Shown here piece by piece: positions 1 through 11,627 of a DNA stretch of 39,013 nt. Numbering within the stretch: position 1 is the stretch's first letter; every line of letters begins with the position of its first letter. The notes beneath the pieces were generated by a model. The model ran no database searches. It worked only from the letters and a program-made list of their open reading frames with translations, and had not been told where the DNA came from. The stretch is from Candidatus Micrarchaeota archaeon UBA95 (GTDB taxonomy: Archaea > Micrarchaeota > Micrarchaeia > Norongarragalinales > Norongarragalinaceae). The stretch covers positions 1-39,013 of the forward strand of contig DALH01000018.1 in NCBI GenBank assembly GCA_002499405.1, read 5' to 3'. A program made the translations under genes and the position numbers.

Positions 1-654
1 TCCTTTTTCGGTGAACTTGATTCCAGAAAAATGGCAGTGCAGGTTTTTGAGGCCCTTCTCTCCCACGCCCTCGCTTATGCGCTTCAAGACCGCGTCAAAA
101 TCCTTTTCGTCCTTCAAGCAACCGTTTCCGCGCGCGTGCAGGTGCGCGAAGTCAACGCAAAACCACACGTTTCCGCCCACCGAGTCAAGGAGTTCGTCCA
201 GCGAGCCCAGTTGCGAAGGCTTGCCCGTGGTCTCCGGCGCGAGCTTGACGTCCGTGTATTGCTTGGCGCGCCTGGACAGGTCCGCCAACTCCAAGCAATA
301 TTCCTTGAACGCTTCCTTTGGCTCCCGACCCCCGTAAAACGCTGGGTGGAAAACGCAGTAACCGCCTCCTGCCGCCTCCAACGACTCACACGCCTTGAGT
401 ATGCGCTGCTTGCTTGCCTCGCGCTTCTGCTTCTCCTTGGACAACAAGTTAACGTAATACGGGGCATGGCAGGAAAGCACGATGCCGTAATCCTTGGCGG
501 CTTCACCAACCAAGCGCGCCTTCTCGGGTTTGAGGTTCACGGAGTGCACGAATTCGAGTTCCATGGCGCCCAACCCGAGGTCGTGCACGCATTTCACGCC
601 TTCAATTGAATCCCCGCCGCATTGAATCGGTATGCCCGCCGTCCCGAAAATCAT
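1..654 (-). CDS. nfo: Endonuclease IV family AP endonuclease (xylose-isomerase-like TIM barrel); C-terminal end cut by window edge
   Basis: Not in the ORF track because there is no stop inside the window. Manual minus-strand translation from ATG 654..652 gives MIFGTAGIPIQ...CHAPYYVNL...CVFHPAFY...LAPETTGK...FCVDFAHLHARG...LHCHFSGIKF, which matches conserved Nfo metal-ligand blocks. ATGA overlap with the stop of the upstream GTPase gene. Confidence 0.75.
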   Translation of the reverse strand, partial: MIFGTAGIPIQCGGDSIEGVKCVHDLGLGAMELEFVHSVNLKPEKARLVGEAAKDYGIVLSCHAPYYVNLLSKEKQKREASKQRILKACESLEAAGGGYCVFHPAFYGGREPKEAFKEYCLELADLSRRAKQYTDVKLAPETTGKPSQLGSLDELLDSVGGNVWFCVDFAHLHARGNGCLKDEKDFDAVLKRISEGVGEKGLKNLHCHFSGIKFTEKG

Positions 655-1817
655 TTCTTCACCGCCACGATTTTCACGACGTCGCCGTCCTTTAACGCGT
701 GCTCCCTACCGAGCCGCATGTGCGTGCGGCAATCCACCGCATAAAGAAAGCCGTGGGCCAAATCCGTGTGAACCCTTGCTGCAAGGTCCGGAGCGGTTGC
801 GCCTTCGTCCAAGAGCACGGCGTCCGGAAGCACGCGGCCGAAATTGTCCGCGAAATGCTTTTCGTCTTCAACCGGGAAAACAGTGATTTTTTTGAGGACG
901 CCGAACACGACCGCCTTCAACAACTCACGGGTTCCTGTAGAACCGTAGGCGTCCAAGACGCGTTCCTTGATGGAGTGCAGGGCGCCGGCGAGTTGCTGGG
1001 GCACGCCGTTGTTCACGACGAGGGACGCGCCGTCGTATTCCACGAGGCCTTTGTCGCGGGCGCGCTGCAAGGCGAGTTCCGAGTCCGCCGAACACGGTAC
1101 GACGCGCAACCCGGGGAACGCGGTTTTAAGCCGTTCAATGTTTTCCCTGGCGTGCGGCGAGTCGCACTTGTTCGCCGCTATTACCACGGGCTTCGCTTTT
1201 TCGCGGAGCTTGCGCGCCAATTCAAGGCATTGGGCCGGAGTCCACTCCAAGGGCTTCTCCCAATACGTGAGTTCGTTCAAGGATTCCTTCAGCATTTGCT
1301 CGGTCACGCGGAGGCCCGACAAGGATTGCGCGAAGTCCGCGAAGCCCGTCCTCGCCTTTGAAACGTTTTTCTCCAGAACGCCGAGAAACCAGTAATCCAA
1401 CTCGCTCAACACCATTGAAACGTCTTCCACGGAGTCGTGCGAGCCGGGCGCGCACGAATTGCCCTCGTTGTCCGTGGAACCCGATGCATCAACAACGCAA
1501 ACCAGGGCGTCCGCCGAATTCAAGTCATTCAGGAACTGGTTCCCGCGGCCGCGACCCTCGTGCGCGCCCTCCACGAGTCCCGCGACGTCGGTCACGTTCA
1601 CGGGCACGCCGCGCACGCCGCCAGCGCATTCCCCGGCGCGCGGCTTGCAGTCAACGCCGAGTTCCCGGCAAGCGCATTTCACGGGAACGAAGGCAACTCC
1701 GGCATTGGGGTTGATGGTGGTAAAGGGGTAATTGGCCACTTCGGCGGAGCCGTGGGTGAACGCGTTGAAGAGCGTGCTCTTGCCCGTGCTCGGCTTTCCC
1801 ACCAACCCGATGAGCAT
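651..1817 (-). CDS. Obg-superfamily (YchF/DRG-like) GTP-binding protein with C-terminal TGS domain
   Basis: 388-aa ORF. P-loop GKPSTGKST, G2 region NYPFTT, C-terminal TGS-like LKDGDVVKIV. Confidence 0.9.
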   Translation of the reverse strand: MLIGLVGKPSTGKSTLFNAFTHGSAEVANYPFTTINPNAGVAFVPVKCACRELGVDCKPRAGECAGGVRGVPVNVTDVAGLVEGAHEGRGRGNQFLNDLNSADALVCVVDASGSTDNEGNSCAPGSHDSVEDVSMVLSELDYWFLGVLEKNVSKARTGFADFAQSLSGLRVTEQMLKESLNELTYWEKPLEWTPAQCLELARKLREKAKPVVIAANKCDSPHARENIERLKTAFPGLRVVPCSADSELALQRARDKGLVEYDGASLVVNNGVPQQLAGALHSIKERVLDAYGSTGTRELLKAVVFGVLKKITVFPVEDEKHFADNFGRVLPDAVLLDEGATAPDLAARVHTDLAHGFLYAVDCRTHMRLGREHALKDGDVVKIVAVKK

Positions 1818-1853
1818 AACAAAATTTATTGTAGTCAGGCATTAATAGTGGTT

Positions 1854-2966
1854 ATGGACTTGGCCGCAAAATACGCACCGAAGGGCTTGGACGAGGTCAT
1901 AGGCAACTCAACGGCAGTAGAAGAAGTGCGCCGCTGGGCCTTGGACTGGCAACGCAGAAAAAAAAGGGACCCGCTGCTATTTGTGGGCGCCAGCGGGGTG
2001 GGCAAGACGTGCACCGCCCGCGCAGTGGCGAACGAGATGGGTTGGCCCGTGGTGGAAACAACCAGGGATAACGCCGAGAAATTCGCTAAAACCGTTTCCT
2101 CCACGAACACCTTGTTCGGAGGAAAGGTGCTGGTGCTGGTCGACGCCGCTGACGAGGAATTCACTCCCGCGAACTTGAAGGCATTCGCGGAAGCCATCAG
2201 GGAAGCGCGCCAACCCGTGATATTCACCAGCAGGAAGCCGTGGACGCGGGGCATCGCCGCGCTGACCCCCGTAACGAAAAAGATTTCGTTCAGGGCGGTC
2301 AACTGGTTGAGCGTCCGCAAACTATTGAAGGAAATTGCGGAAAAGAAGGGAATCAAGGCGGACGTGGAATCCATTGCCCGGAAAAGCGGAGGCGACGTGA
2401 GAGCGGCGCTAAACGACTTGGCTTCGGGTTCGGTCGGCGAACGCCTGCAAAACAAGGACATTTTCTCGGCAATAATCAAACTGTTCAAAACGTCTTCCTT
2501 CAAGGAGGCGGTGGAGAGCGCGGATGCGGTGGACGAAAACCTGGACTTGTTCCTGTTATGGCTCGAAGAAAACATTCCAAGGGAGTACGAGGACGTCGAG
2601 GAAATTGCAAAAGCATTCGACGCGTTGTCGCGCGCCGACGTGCACCGGGGGCGCATAATCAGGCGGCAAAACTGGAAATTGTTGAAGTACGTGCGCTCGG
2701 TTGGGCTCGGCGGGGTCGCGCTGGCTAAAAAAGGAAAGTACCGGAAGTTCCCGCGCTACGCTTTTCCGGGAATACTGCGAAAACTCTCCGCGTCCAAAAA
2801 GAAGCGGGCCGTCATGAAGTCGCTGTCAAGAAAAATCGGCGAAAAACTCCATTGTTCGAGCGCCCGTGCAAAACAAGACCTGTGGGTCTGGGCGCGCTTC
2901 AAGGAATCCGTGGATTACTTCGGGCTGGACGACGAAGAGGAAAAACTACTCTCGGAGTTTGACTAG
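1854..2966 (+). CDS. rfcL: Replication factor C large subunit (short form)
   Basis: In-frame ATG at 1854 inside ORF 1437..2966; the upstream part is antisense to the GTPase gene. MDLAAKYAPKGLDEVIGN...LLFVGASGVGKT (Walker A), VLVLVDAADE (Walker B-like); layout typical of archaeal RfcL. Confidence 0.8.
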   Translation: MDLAAKYAPKGLDEVIGNSTAVEEVRRWALDWQRRKKRDPLLFVGASGVGKTCTARAVANEMGWPVVETTRDNAEKFAKTVSSTNTLFGGKVLVLVDAADEEFTPANLKAFAEAIREARQPVIFTSRKPWTRGIAALTPVTKKISFRAVNWLSVRKLLKEIAEKKGIKADVESIARKSGGDVRAALNDLASGSVGERLQNKDIFSAIIKLFKTSSFKEAVESADAVDENLDLFLLWLEENIPREYEDVEEIAKAFDALSRADVHRGRIIRRQNWKLLKYVRSVGLGGVALAKKGKYRKFPRYAFPGILRKLSASKKKRAVMKSLSRKIGEKLHCSSARAKQDLWVWARFKESVDYFGLDDEEEKLLSEFD

Positions 2967-3656
2967 CTTGAAGGCGACGACGACAAGGAACAACAGGACC
3001 AGGAAAAGCGCGTACGAATTCGTGGCGTCCAAATACAGTTGTGAAAAGAATTCGGTCACCTCCTGGCTCAAGGGCTGCTCGCGCTCAAACGAGACCTCCC
3101 ACTTGCCGGATATTGGCCCCGACCACGACAACCCGTTGTAAGACGTTTTCTGCACTCCGGGCTCGGGGCGCACCTCAACGTTGACCGCATCCTCCGGAAA
3201 AATCATGTCTATGGTCATTGAATTGCCCAAGGAAAACTCGCCGGTTTTGCCGGGCGCCAGGTTCAAGCGCGATGCATCCAATTCATAACGCGTGGTGCGG
3301 ACCCCCATCTGGCGGGCGGAGAAAAAGCCTTGCGCGTCGTACTCAAGCGAAATGGACGCCGCAGAAGAACCCACCGAATACTCGCGTGCCGCGATTATGT
3401 TGAGGTTGCTCAGCGGCCCCAGGAAGTGGTACCGCACGTTGCCGCTGAACTTCTGCCAATCCCCGAGCGCGCTCTCGCCCTGCGACAAAAGGTAGTCGAA
3501 GGCACGCATCTCCCCCTCGGAGTCCAAGTAAAAAACGGTTTTCTCGATTACGTGTGCGTCGCCGTCGACCGTGACGCGCACCAACGCGGAAAAAGAGCGG
3601 TCGGTGTAAGCGGACGCAAACAACGCCGCAAACAATAGGAAGGCCCCGGTTCGCAT
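2946..3656 (-). CDS. Hypothetical secreted protein with C-terminal membrane anchor
   Basis: 236-aa ORF. N-terminal signal-like MRTGAFLLFAALFASA and C-terminal hydrophobic helix ALFLVLLFLVVVAF followed by KLVKLRE. 21-nt convergent overlap with rfcL. Confidence 0.65.
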   Translation of the reverse strand: MRTGAFLLFAALFASAYTDRSFSALVRVTVDGDAHVIEKTVFYLDSEGEMRAFDYLLSQGESALGDWQKFSGNVRYHFLGPLSNLNIIAAREYSVGSSAASISLEYDAQGFFSARQMGVRTTRYELDASRLNLAPGKTGEFSLGNSMTIDMIFPEDAVNVEVRPEPGVQKTSYNGLSWSGPISGKWEVSFEREQPLSQEVTEFFSQLYLDATNSYALFLVLLFLVVVAFKLVKLRE

Positions 3657-3690
3657 GCGTTTATTACTGTCCGCCTTTTTTTATAACCAT
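3657..3690. promoter_or_regulatory. Divergent intergenic region with two opposed TATA-like boxes
   Basis: TTTATTA (3660..3666) lies 25 nt upstream of ATG 3691 on the plus strand. TTATAAAAAAA (3686..3676, minus strand) lies about 20-30 nt upstream of ATG 3656. This spacing fits leaderless archaeal promoters. Confidence 0.35.
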
Positions 3691-4215
3691 ATGAAGGGAT
3701 TCGCGGCCCTCGCCTTGACCGCGGCGCTTTTGGCCGCCCTCGTTGCCGGCGCCGCCAGCGCACGCAATTCAAGCGAGCGCGCACGCGAATACTCGCGCGT
3801 AATGCTCTCCCTCCAAAAACTCAAGGCAATTCAAGGCGACGTGCGGGAAACCTTCCGCCAGGTAATGGAGAGCGCGGAAGGCGAAACCATCCAGGAAAGG
3901 GTTTTGGACGTTGCGCGAAAACTTGCGCTCGCCGAACAACACCTGGAAGAAAAATACCGCGAAAACGGATTGGACGTGGGTTTCGGCGCCTGCAAAGACG
4001 AAAACATCATTGATTTCTCGTCCAACGGAGAGGACTGGGATGACCGAACCGTGCCCCTGGCCGCATCAATCCTGTATTGGGAGGATGAAATCATTGTTTC
4101 ATCCAAGGGGCGCTCCCTCGTAAAAAAAGCGCCCGTGATTCCCTTGCCGTGCCTCAAGGGATTCGCGCGGTCCGGAAACGCGGAGTACGGGTTTGACTTG
4201 AATGAATTCAATTGA
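3691..4215 (+). CDS. Hypothetical protein with N-terminal class III (pilin-like) or Sec signal peptide
   Basis: Internal ATG of ORF 3655..4215. MKG-FAALALTAALLAALVAGAAS: a short charged N-terminus, Gly, then a hydrophobic helix. Confidence 0.55.
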   Translation: MKGFAALALTAALLAALVAGAASARNSSERAREYSRVMLSLQKLKAIQGDVRETFRQVMESAEGETIQERVLDVARKLALAEQHLEEKYRENGLDVGFGACKDENIIDFSSNGEDWDDRTVPLAASILYWEDEIIVSSKGRSLVKKAPVIPLPCLKGFARSGNAEYGFDLNEFN

Positions 4216-4480
4216 AGCACTGTTGGCGTTAAGCGCCTACCTCGCGTTCGTAGCCGTAATCGCTTCGGTTGCAAGCATCCAAACCGAGCCATCAACGCAA
4301 GCCGAACTGCGGATGGCGTGCGCCGTTCTTGATTACGCGGCCACCATGAACGGGGTTTCATTTGAGTTGCCCGAAAACAATTTCACTGCTTCCGAAGGCG
4401 CCCTTTACCTGGAAGGGGAAAACCGGGAATGCCTGCACGCGGTGAACTTGAAAAAAGGGCTGGTGGTAAGCGATGGCTAA
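4202..4480 (+). CDS. Small pilin-like protein (SxE N-terminal motif plus hydrophobic helix)
   Basis: 92 aa. MNSIEALLALSAYLAFVAVIASVA. An in-frame TGA directly upstream fixes the start. 14-nt overlap with the preceding gene. Confidence 0.55.
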   Translation: MNSIEALLALSAYLAFVAVIASVASIQTEPSTQAELRMACAVLDYAATMNGVSFELPENNFTASEGALYLEGENRECLHAVNLKKGLVVSDG

Positions 4481-4718
4481 AGGAATCGCATACTCGCTGG
4501 ATGCGGCAATGGCGGCTGCACTCATCTTGTTCCTGTTGTTGACCGCCCACTCCTTTGCCTCAATCCAGCAGGACCGCCTGGACGCGTCCGAGGACTCTTC
4601 TTCCCGCGCCGCCCAAGCAATTACTTATTCCGAGAACCTCGTTGACGGCGGGGGACAGTCCTGCGTCACGCGGCTAACCAACGGAGTTGAAAAAACGTTT
4701 TGCGGGCCAAAGGATTGA
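4473..4718 (+). CDS. Small type IV pilin-like protein, class III signal peptide
   Basis: 81 aa. MAKG-IAYSLDAAMAAALILFLLL (KG cleavage-type motif, SxD, hydrophobic helix). 8-nt overlap with the previous gene. Confidence 0.6.
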   Translation: MAKGIAYSLDAAMAAALILFLLLTAHSFASIQQDRLDASEDSSSRAAQAITYSENLVDGGGQSCVTRLTNGVEKTFCGPKD

Positions 4719-4996
4719 TTTTGTCGCTGGAAGCCGCGCTGGCCGCAACCATCGTGTTGTCCGCGGCGGGGCTGGCAACGCAAGGCATTGAAAACCCGTT
4801 TTACAAGAACGCGGCTTTCGCGTTAGCCGACGACTCCGCCCAAGCAGAATTGGACGGCTTTCACGCGCCCCCGGAAGTCGGGGGTTACTGCATTTCCGAA
4901 ACCCCTTGCAACGCCAACTGCGTCAAGGCAACGCGCACGCAATTCAACGGCGAAGCATTTGAAGACGAGGAGTTAATCGTCTGCTGGAACGAGTAA
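4700..4996 (+). CDS. Small type IV pilin-like protein, class III signal peptide
   Basis: 98 aa with a TTG start. MRAKG-LILSLEAALAATIVLSAAGLA (KG then SxE motif and hydrophobic helix). Confidence 0.6.
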   Translation: MRAKGLILSLEAALAATIVLSAAGLATQGIENPFYKNAAFALADDSAQAELDGFHAPPEVGGYCISETPCNANCVKATRTQFNGEAFEDEELIVCWNE

Positions 4997-5356
4997 AATC
5001 CTCTGCGAGTCAATGAAAACCCCGAACTCCTTGCCGCGCGCGGGTTGCACGGAGAACGGGCCGACGTCACGCGAAAAATTGTTGCCCCGCGAAAAGTTGC
5101 AGTGGAGTTCGCCGTCAAAGTAAATGGTTGCGTTCACGGGCGCCGACAAGTTGAACGAAAAGGACGAGCCGGGAAGGAGCCGCGCATCCCTTGCCTTGGA
5201 AGCCAGGACGTCGCAAAACGCCTGTTCGCGAACCGCAAGCGAGGCCGCCGTTGAAAAAGCGGATATCCGCGAGTAATAAGGCGCCAGCGCCGCAAAAAAA
5301 GCAATTAACGCAGCCACCACTATCAACGCTTCAATGCTGGACTGCGCGCGCCTCAA
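4973..5356 (-). CDS. Type IV pilin-like protein, class III signal peptide (QxSxE motif)
   Basis: 127 aa. MRRAQ-SSIEALIVVAALIAFFAAL matches the archaeal class III signal motif QXSXEXXXL. Confidence 0.65.
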   Translation of the reverse strand: MRRAQSSIEALIVVAALIAFFAALAPYYSRISAFSTAASLAVREQAFCDVLASKARDARLLPGSSFSFNLSAPVNATIYFDGELHCNFSRGNNFSRDVGPFSVQPARGKEFGVFIDSQRILLVPADD

Positions 5357-5430
5357 TCAATTCACCAAAGTAAACAATCCATGAAAGGAATCAACCAACA
5401 ACGCGTAGCCAAGGCGGTTGTTTGGTTTCA

Positions 5431-5610
5431 TTATTTGATGTCGGCTATTTCGTCGAATGCCTTATCCGTTGACTTTTCCAATGCCTTCTTGCCTTTTTCG
5501 GCCGTGTTCTGCAACTGCGAGATGAACACGACCGCCACCGCAATCAAGGCGGCGGCAACTATGATCATTTCGATGCTTACCTGCGCTTCCTCGTCACTCC
5601 AAAAACCCAT
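5431..5610 (-). CDS. Small archaeal pilin candidate (59 aa), class III signal peptide
   Basis: Internal ATG 5610 of ORF 5431..5721; the longer form would overlap the M50 gene. MGFWSDEEAQ-VSIEMIIVAAALIAVAVVFI carries a QxSxE motif plus a hydrophobic helix. Confidence 0.65.
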   Translation of the reverse strand: MGFWSDEEAQVSIEMIIVAAALIAVAVVFISQLQNTAEKGKKALEKSTDKAFDEIADIK

Positions 5611-5654
5611 TCGCCGCACACCCAACAAGGGGAAGGGTTTCCCCGTTTTTAAAA

Positions 5655-6222
5655 CTAGAAGAGGAGCAGGAAGCCGAGGAAAAAGGCCGCAAATCCCGCG
5701 ACCCACACGCCTTGATTCCAAGCCGCGATTTTGGCTCCGTCAAAAGGGTGAATCGGGATCATGTTGAACCCGCCCAGCAACAAATTGATGTAAGCCCCCA
5801 GGGCCGCGAATTCTGAGGCTGCCCCCCCGAAGTAGAGCGCAAGGAAGAACAACGCGAGCAGGAAATTCATGGCGGGGCCCGCCAAGGCGATTTTCCCGTT
5901 TTGCTCGTTCGTCACGCGGCCGAATATGTACACCGCGCCGGGCGCGGCGAACACGAAAGAGCCTCGAGTCAGAAACGCCATTGCAACCGCGAGAAACAGC
6001 CCCGTGGTCCACGCGCGGTATTCGGCGTGCACCCCGAAGTGCAGGGCGGCGTACTTGTGCCCCAACTCGTGGAGTATGAAGGCGCTTCCGACGCTCAACA
6101 AAATCAGGATGAAGTATTCAAAGCTGAACAGGTTGTCGTTCTTGAAGAGCGAGAACGCAAGGGAAATAGTTGCAACTGAAACGATTATGTGCGTTGCCTC
6201 AACCGAACTGATGTTGAACCAC

Positions 6223-6242
<20 letters not shown>
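5655..6242 (-). CDS. Site-2 protease family (peptidase M50) membrane metalloprotease
   Basis: 195 aa, polytopic. HELGH zinc motif and FNMIPIHPFDG (NxxPxxxxDG) motif. Confidence 0.85.
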
Positions 6243-8813
<2,571 letters not shown>

Positions 8814-9530
8814 TTAAATGATTTGCGAGTCGCCCGGAAGCACGCGCTCAAGCTCTGTTACGGACACGCCCGGCCATTCCACGTGCAGTTTCTTGGATGC
8901 AACCGCCTTTGAAGAGGGCCCGGGCTCCGCGAGTTTGCCCGCGCCCGGAAAGCGCTCGGGCACTGCGCTCACCTCGCTGCCTTGCTTGAGGAGCTTGAGT
9001 TTTAGGGGCACGTTGCGGAACCACTTGCGCTCCCCGTAAATCATGAACGCCCCCTTTCCCACGAATTCGCCGGGGGAATACTTGCTCACCTGCTCTTTGG
9101 GAACGCAGTACGCGTCTGCCACGAGCAGCCCCCCCTTCCAGGCGCGGCTGTAAATGCAAGCCCACTGCGCGGCTTCCCCTAGGTCTTGTTCGGCTGCACT
9201 CCTCCCGTTCTTCAGGATTGTTGCGGGCGCGCCGTGCACGTCCGCGTGAAAGAACAAGTCCTCGCCCGTCAAGTGTTTTGCCACTAGCAACTCGTTTTGT
9301 TTCGCGTCCCTGCCCGCGACGCAGAGCAGGCCGTTGCTCGTGTGAAACCAGTGGAATTCCTCAAACCACTTTGCCTTTTTGGGTTGTTTCCTGCTCTTGG
9401 CTTTCTTCTTCAGCCCCTTGTTGAGAGAGGCGCGCGCTCCCGCCGCCTTCCTCTCGAATTTCTTGGCTTTCTCAAAGTAATCCGATGCGTTCTGGTGCGC
9501 CGTTTTTTGCGGGTCCAACAACAAGTCCAT
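8814..9530 (-). CDS. Stand-alone NFACT-R (DUF814) domain protein, related to the C-terminal half of RqcH/NEMF
   Basis: 238 aa. KWFEEFHWFHTSNGLLCVAGRDAKQNELLVAKHL...DLFFHADVHGAP...AAQWACIYSRAW matches the NFACT-R core. No NFACT-N domain; the start lies 1 nt after the topA stop. Confidence 0.75.
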   Translation of the reverse strand: MDLLLDPQKTAHQNASDYFEKAKKFERKAAGARASLNKGLKKKAKSRKQPKKAKWFEEFHWFHTSNGLLCVAGRDAKQNELLVAKHLTGEDLFFHADVHGAPATILKNGRSAAEQDLGEAAQWACIYSRAWKGGLLVADAYCVPKEQVSKYSPGEFVGKGAFMIYGERKWFRNVPLKLKLLKQGSEVSAVPERFPGAGKLAEPGPSSKAVASKKLHVEWPGVSVTELERVLPGDSQII

Positions 9531-9531
9531 G

Positions 9532-11595
9532 TTATTCCTTGGGCGGGCGCGCTTCTTTTTTGTTTCCCCAGTTGGCTTTCGTGAGGCATTGCGGGTCCAG
9601 GCACATGACGAAGGGCCTGCGTCCTTTGCGTATCACTTTGACTATGGGGGTCCCGCATTTTTCGCATACCTGGTCAAGGGATTGAATCAAGGCGTTCTTG
9701 GGCAGGGGGTATGTTTGCTTGCAGTCGGGGTAATTGTTGCAGCCAACGAACAACCCGAAACGCGACTTTCGCAGTATCAAGTCGCCGCCGCACTTGCACT
9801 CGCCGAGCTTGTTTTGTTCGCGGCGCGTTTCCTTCAAGGCCGACAACAGGTTTTTACCTATTTTTTCCTCGCTTTCCTTGAACTTCCTCAAAATTTTGTC
9901 TAGGTCTTTCCTGCCGTGCTCCACTACTTTGTCGGGGTCGGCCTTGCCCTCGGAAATCTGTTCCACTTCGGCCTCGATTTCGCGAGTGAGTTTTACGCTT
10001 GCAATCTCGTCGCAGTAAGAGTGGAGGGTGCGGTAAACGCTTAACCCGAGCTCGGTTACTTGAATGCTTTTACTCCCCGTCAGGTATCCGCGGTTGAACA
10101 GGGTTTCAAGGATTTGGCTGCGGGTCGCCTTGGTTCCGAGCCCCTTCTTCTCGAGTTCGCGCACTGTTGACGCGGCGGTGAAACGCTTCGGGGGTTGCGT
10201 TTCCTTCTCGATTAGTTCGGGCCCCTTTACGCGTAGAACTTGGCCGTCCTTGTAATCCGGCAAAAGGGTTTCCTTGATTGAAGCATACCCCCCGAAGAAT
10301 TCAAGCCACCCTTTTTTGAGGACGGTGGAGCCATTCGCCAAATAATTTTCTTTACCGAGGCGTAGAATTACGGACAACGATTCCTTGACGAGGGAGTCGG
10401 CGAAGCACGCGAGGAAGCGCTTCACCACTAGGTCATACAACTTGGATTCAACCGTCCTCAAGGCACCTGGCTTTTCGCCCGTCGGAAATATGGCGGGGTG
10501 CGCTGGGTCGTCCTTCTTGCCTTGCGACGGGGCAAATTTCTTGGATTCAATTAGCTTCCTCGCCAGCACGGAATACGACGGGTTCTCCGCCAGTTTCCGA
10601 ATCACCTCATCCAAACCGAGTTCAACGGAAAGCTTTTGCGAGGAAGTGCGCGGGTAGGAAATCAAGGCGGCCTCGTAAAGCGATTGCGCGATTTTAAGGG
10701 TTCGCGCCGGCGAGAAACCGAAGCAGCGGTAGGCATCGGTTTGAAGCGTGGTCAAGTCGTAGGGGTGCGGCGGCGCCTGCCTCACCTTCTTCCGCGTCAC
10801 CCCGGTTATCCTTCCCTCGCCAGCGCTTTTTTCAAGCGCCTCATCCGCCTCCGCCTTGTCGAAAAACCGTTCTTTTTCGTGGACGAATTCCGCGTCGCCG
10901 TCCCAGGCGAACAACTGCCAGAACGGCTCGGGCTTGAATGAAGCGATTTCCAGTTCGCGTTTTGCGAGGATGCTTAGGGCGGGGCCCTGCACGCGCCCAA
11001 CGCTCAATACCTTGAACGCGCCCGCCGAGCGCACGGCCTGCATGAGAGCGCGCGACAAATTGATGCCGTAAAGCCAATCCAGTTTATGGCGCGCCTCGCC
11101 CGCCAACGCGTTATTCAAATCCATTTCCCGCAACTGCTTGAAGGCGCGCCCCAATTCCGCGGGGGTAAGCAGCGAGAACTTCATTCTCTTCAACGGCTTG
11201 CCGGGTGCCAGGAAGCGCGCCACGTTCCAGCCGATGAGCGAGCCCTCAATGTCGTAGTCGCACGCCACTATCACGGAATCGCTTTTCTTGGCGAGTTCTG
11301 CGAGCGCCGTCAAATATTTTTTCGTGAAAGCCGAGCCGTCGCTGACTTCGCAGGACGGCACCCACTCTATTTCGTAGATCGGGTAACCCGAACCAGTGCC
11401 TTTTTGCTTCAAGCCATACAGGTGCCCCACGGCGGGGGCAACAAAATATTCGCCGACCGTGAAATGCTTCACGCCGCGCCCTGACGCCTTGGAAGGGACG
11501 CCAAGTTCCCTTGCCACGGCTGCCGCGGTTTTTGCCGCAACGCTCGGCTTCTCGCAAACGATTAACGTGGCCACGGGACAACGCAGGCAAGGCAA
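9532..11595 (-). CDS. topA: DNA topoisomerase I (type IA)
   Basis: 687 aa. TOPRIM N-terminus LIVCEKPSVA, active-site block LISYPRTSSQ, C-terminal zinc ribbons (CKCGG...CNNYPDC, CEKCG). Confidence 0.95.
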   Translation of the reverse strand: MPCLRCPVATLIVCEKPSVAAKTAAAVARELGVPSKASGRGVKHFTVGEYFVAPAVGHLYGLKQKGTGSGYPIYEIEWVPSCEVSDGSAFTKKYLTALAELAKKSDSVIVACDYDIEGSLIGWNVARFLAPGKPLKRMKFSLLTPAELGRAFKQLREMDLNNALAGEARHKLDWLYGINLSRALMQAVRSAGAFKVLSVGRVQGPALSILAKRELEIASFKPEPFWQLFAWDGDAEFVHEKERFFDKAEADEALEKSAGEGRITGVTRKKVRQAPPHPYDLTTLQTDAYRCFGFSPARTLKIAQSLYEAALISYPRTSSQKLSVELGLDEVIRKLAENPSYSVLARKLIESKKFAPSQGKKDDPAHPAIFPTGEKPGALRTVESKLYDLVVKRFLACFADSLVKESLSVILRLGKENYLANGSTVLKKGWLEFFGGYASIKETLLPDYKDGQVLRVKGPELIEKETQPPKRFTAASTVRELEKKGLGTKATRSQILETLFNRGYLTGSKSIQVTELGLSVYRTLHSYCDEIASVKLTREIEAEVEQISEGKADPDKVVEHGRKDLDKILRKFKESEEKIGKNLLSALKETRREQNKLGECKCGGDLILRKSRFGLFVGCNNYPDCKQTYPLPKNALIQSLDQVCEKCGTPIVKVIRKGRRPFVMCLDPQCLTKANWGNKKEARPPKE

Positions 11596-11627
11596 GCATA
11601 TAAATCTTATCCAGAGAATCGTCTTTC

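Noticed and set aside
31-609. 192-aa plus-strand ORF, with 11..337 (+) and 114..509 (-), at the window start
   Set aside because: The composition (Leu/Arg/Val/His-rich) is typical of antisense or off-frame translation. The minus strand in another frame encodes a well-conserved endonuclease IV domain across the same interval.
1437-1853. N-terminal 139 codons of the 509-aa ORF containing rfcL
   Set aside because: This part is antisense to the conserved GTPase gene and has a non-protein-like composition. The RFC homology begins at the internal ATG 1854, just after the divergent promoter.
5611-5721. Longer 96-aa form of the pilin ORF
   Set aside because: The extension overlaps the 3' end of the M50 protease gene and has an Arg/Gly/Pro-rich off-frame composition. 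The internal ATG gives a canonical short class III signal peptide.
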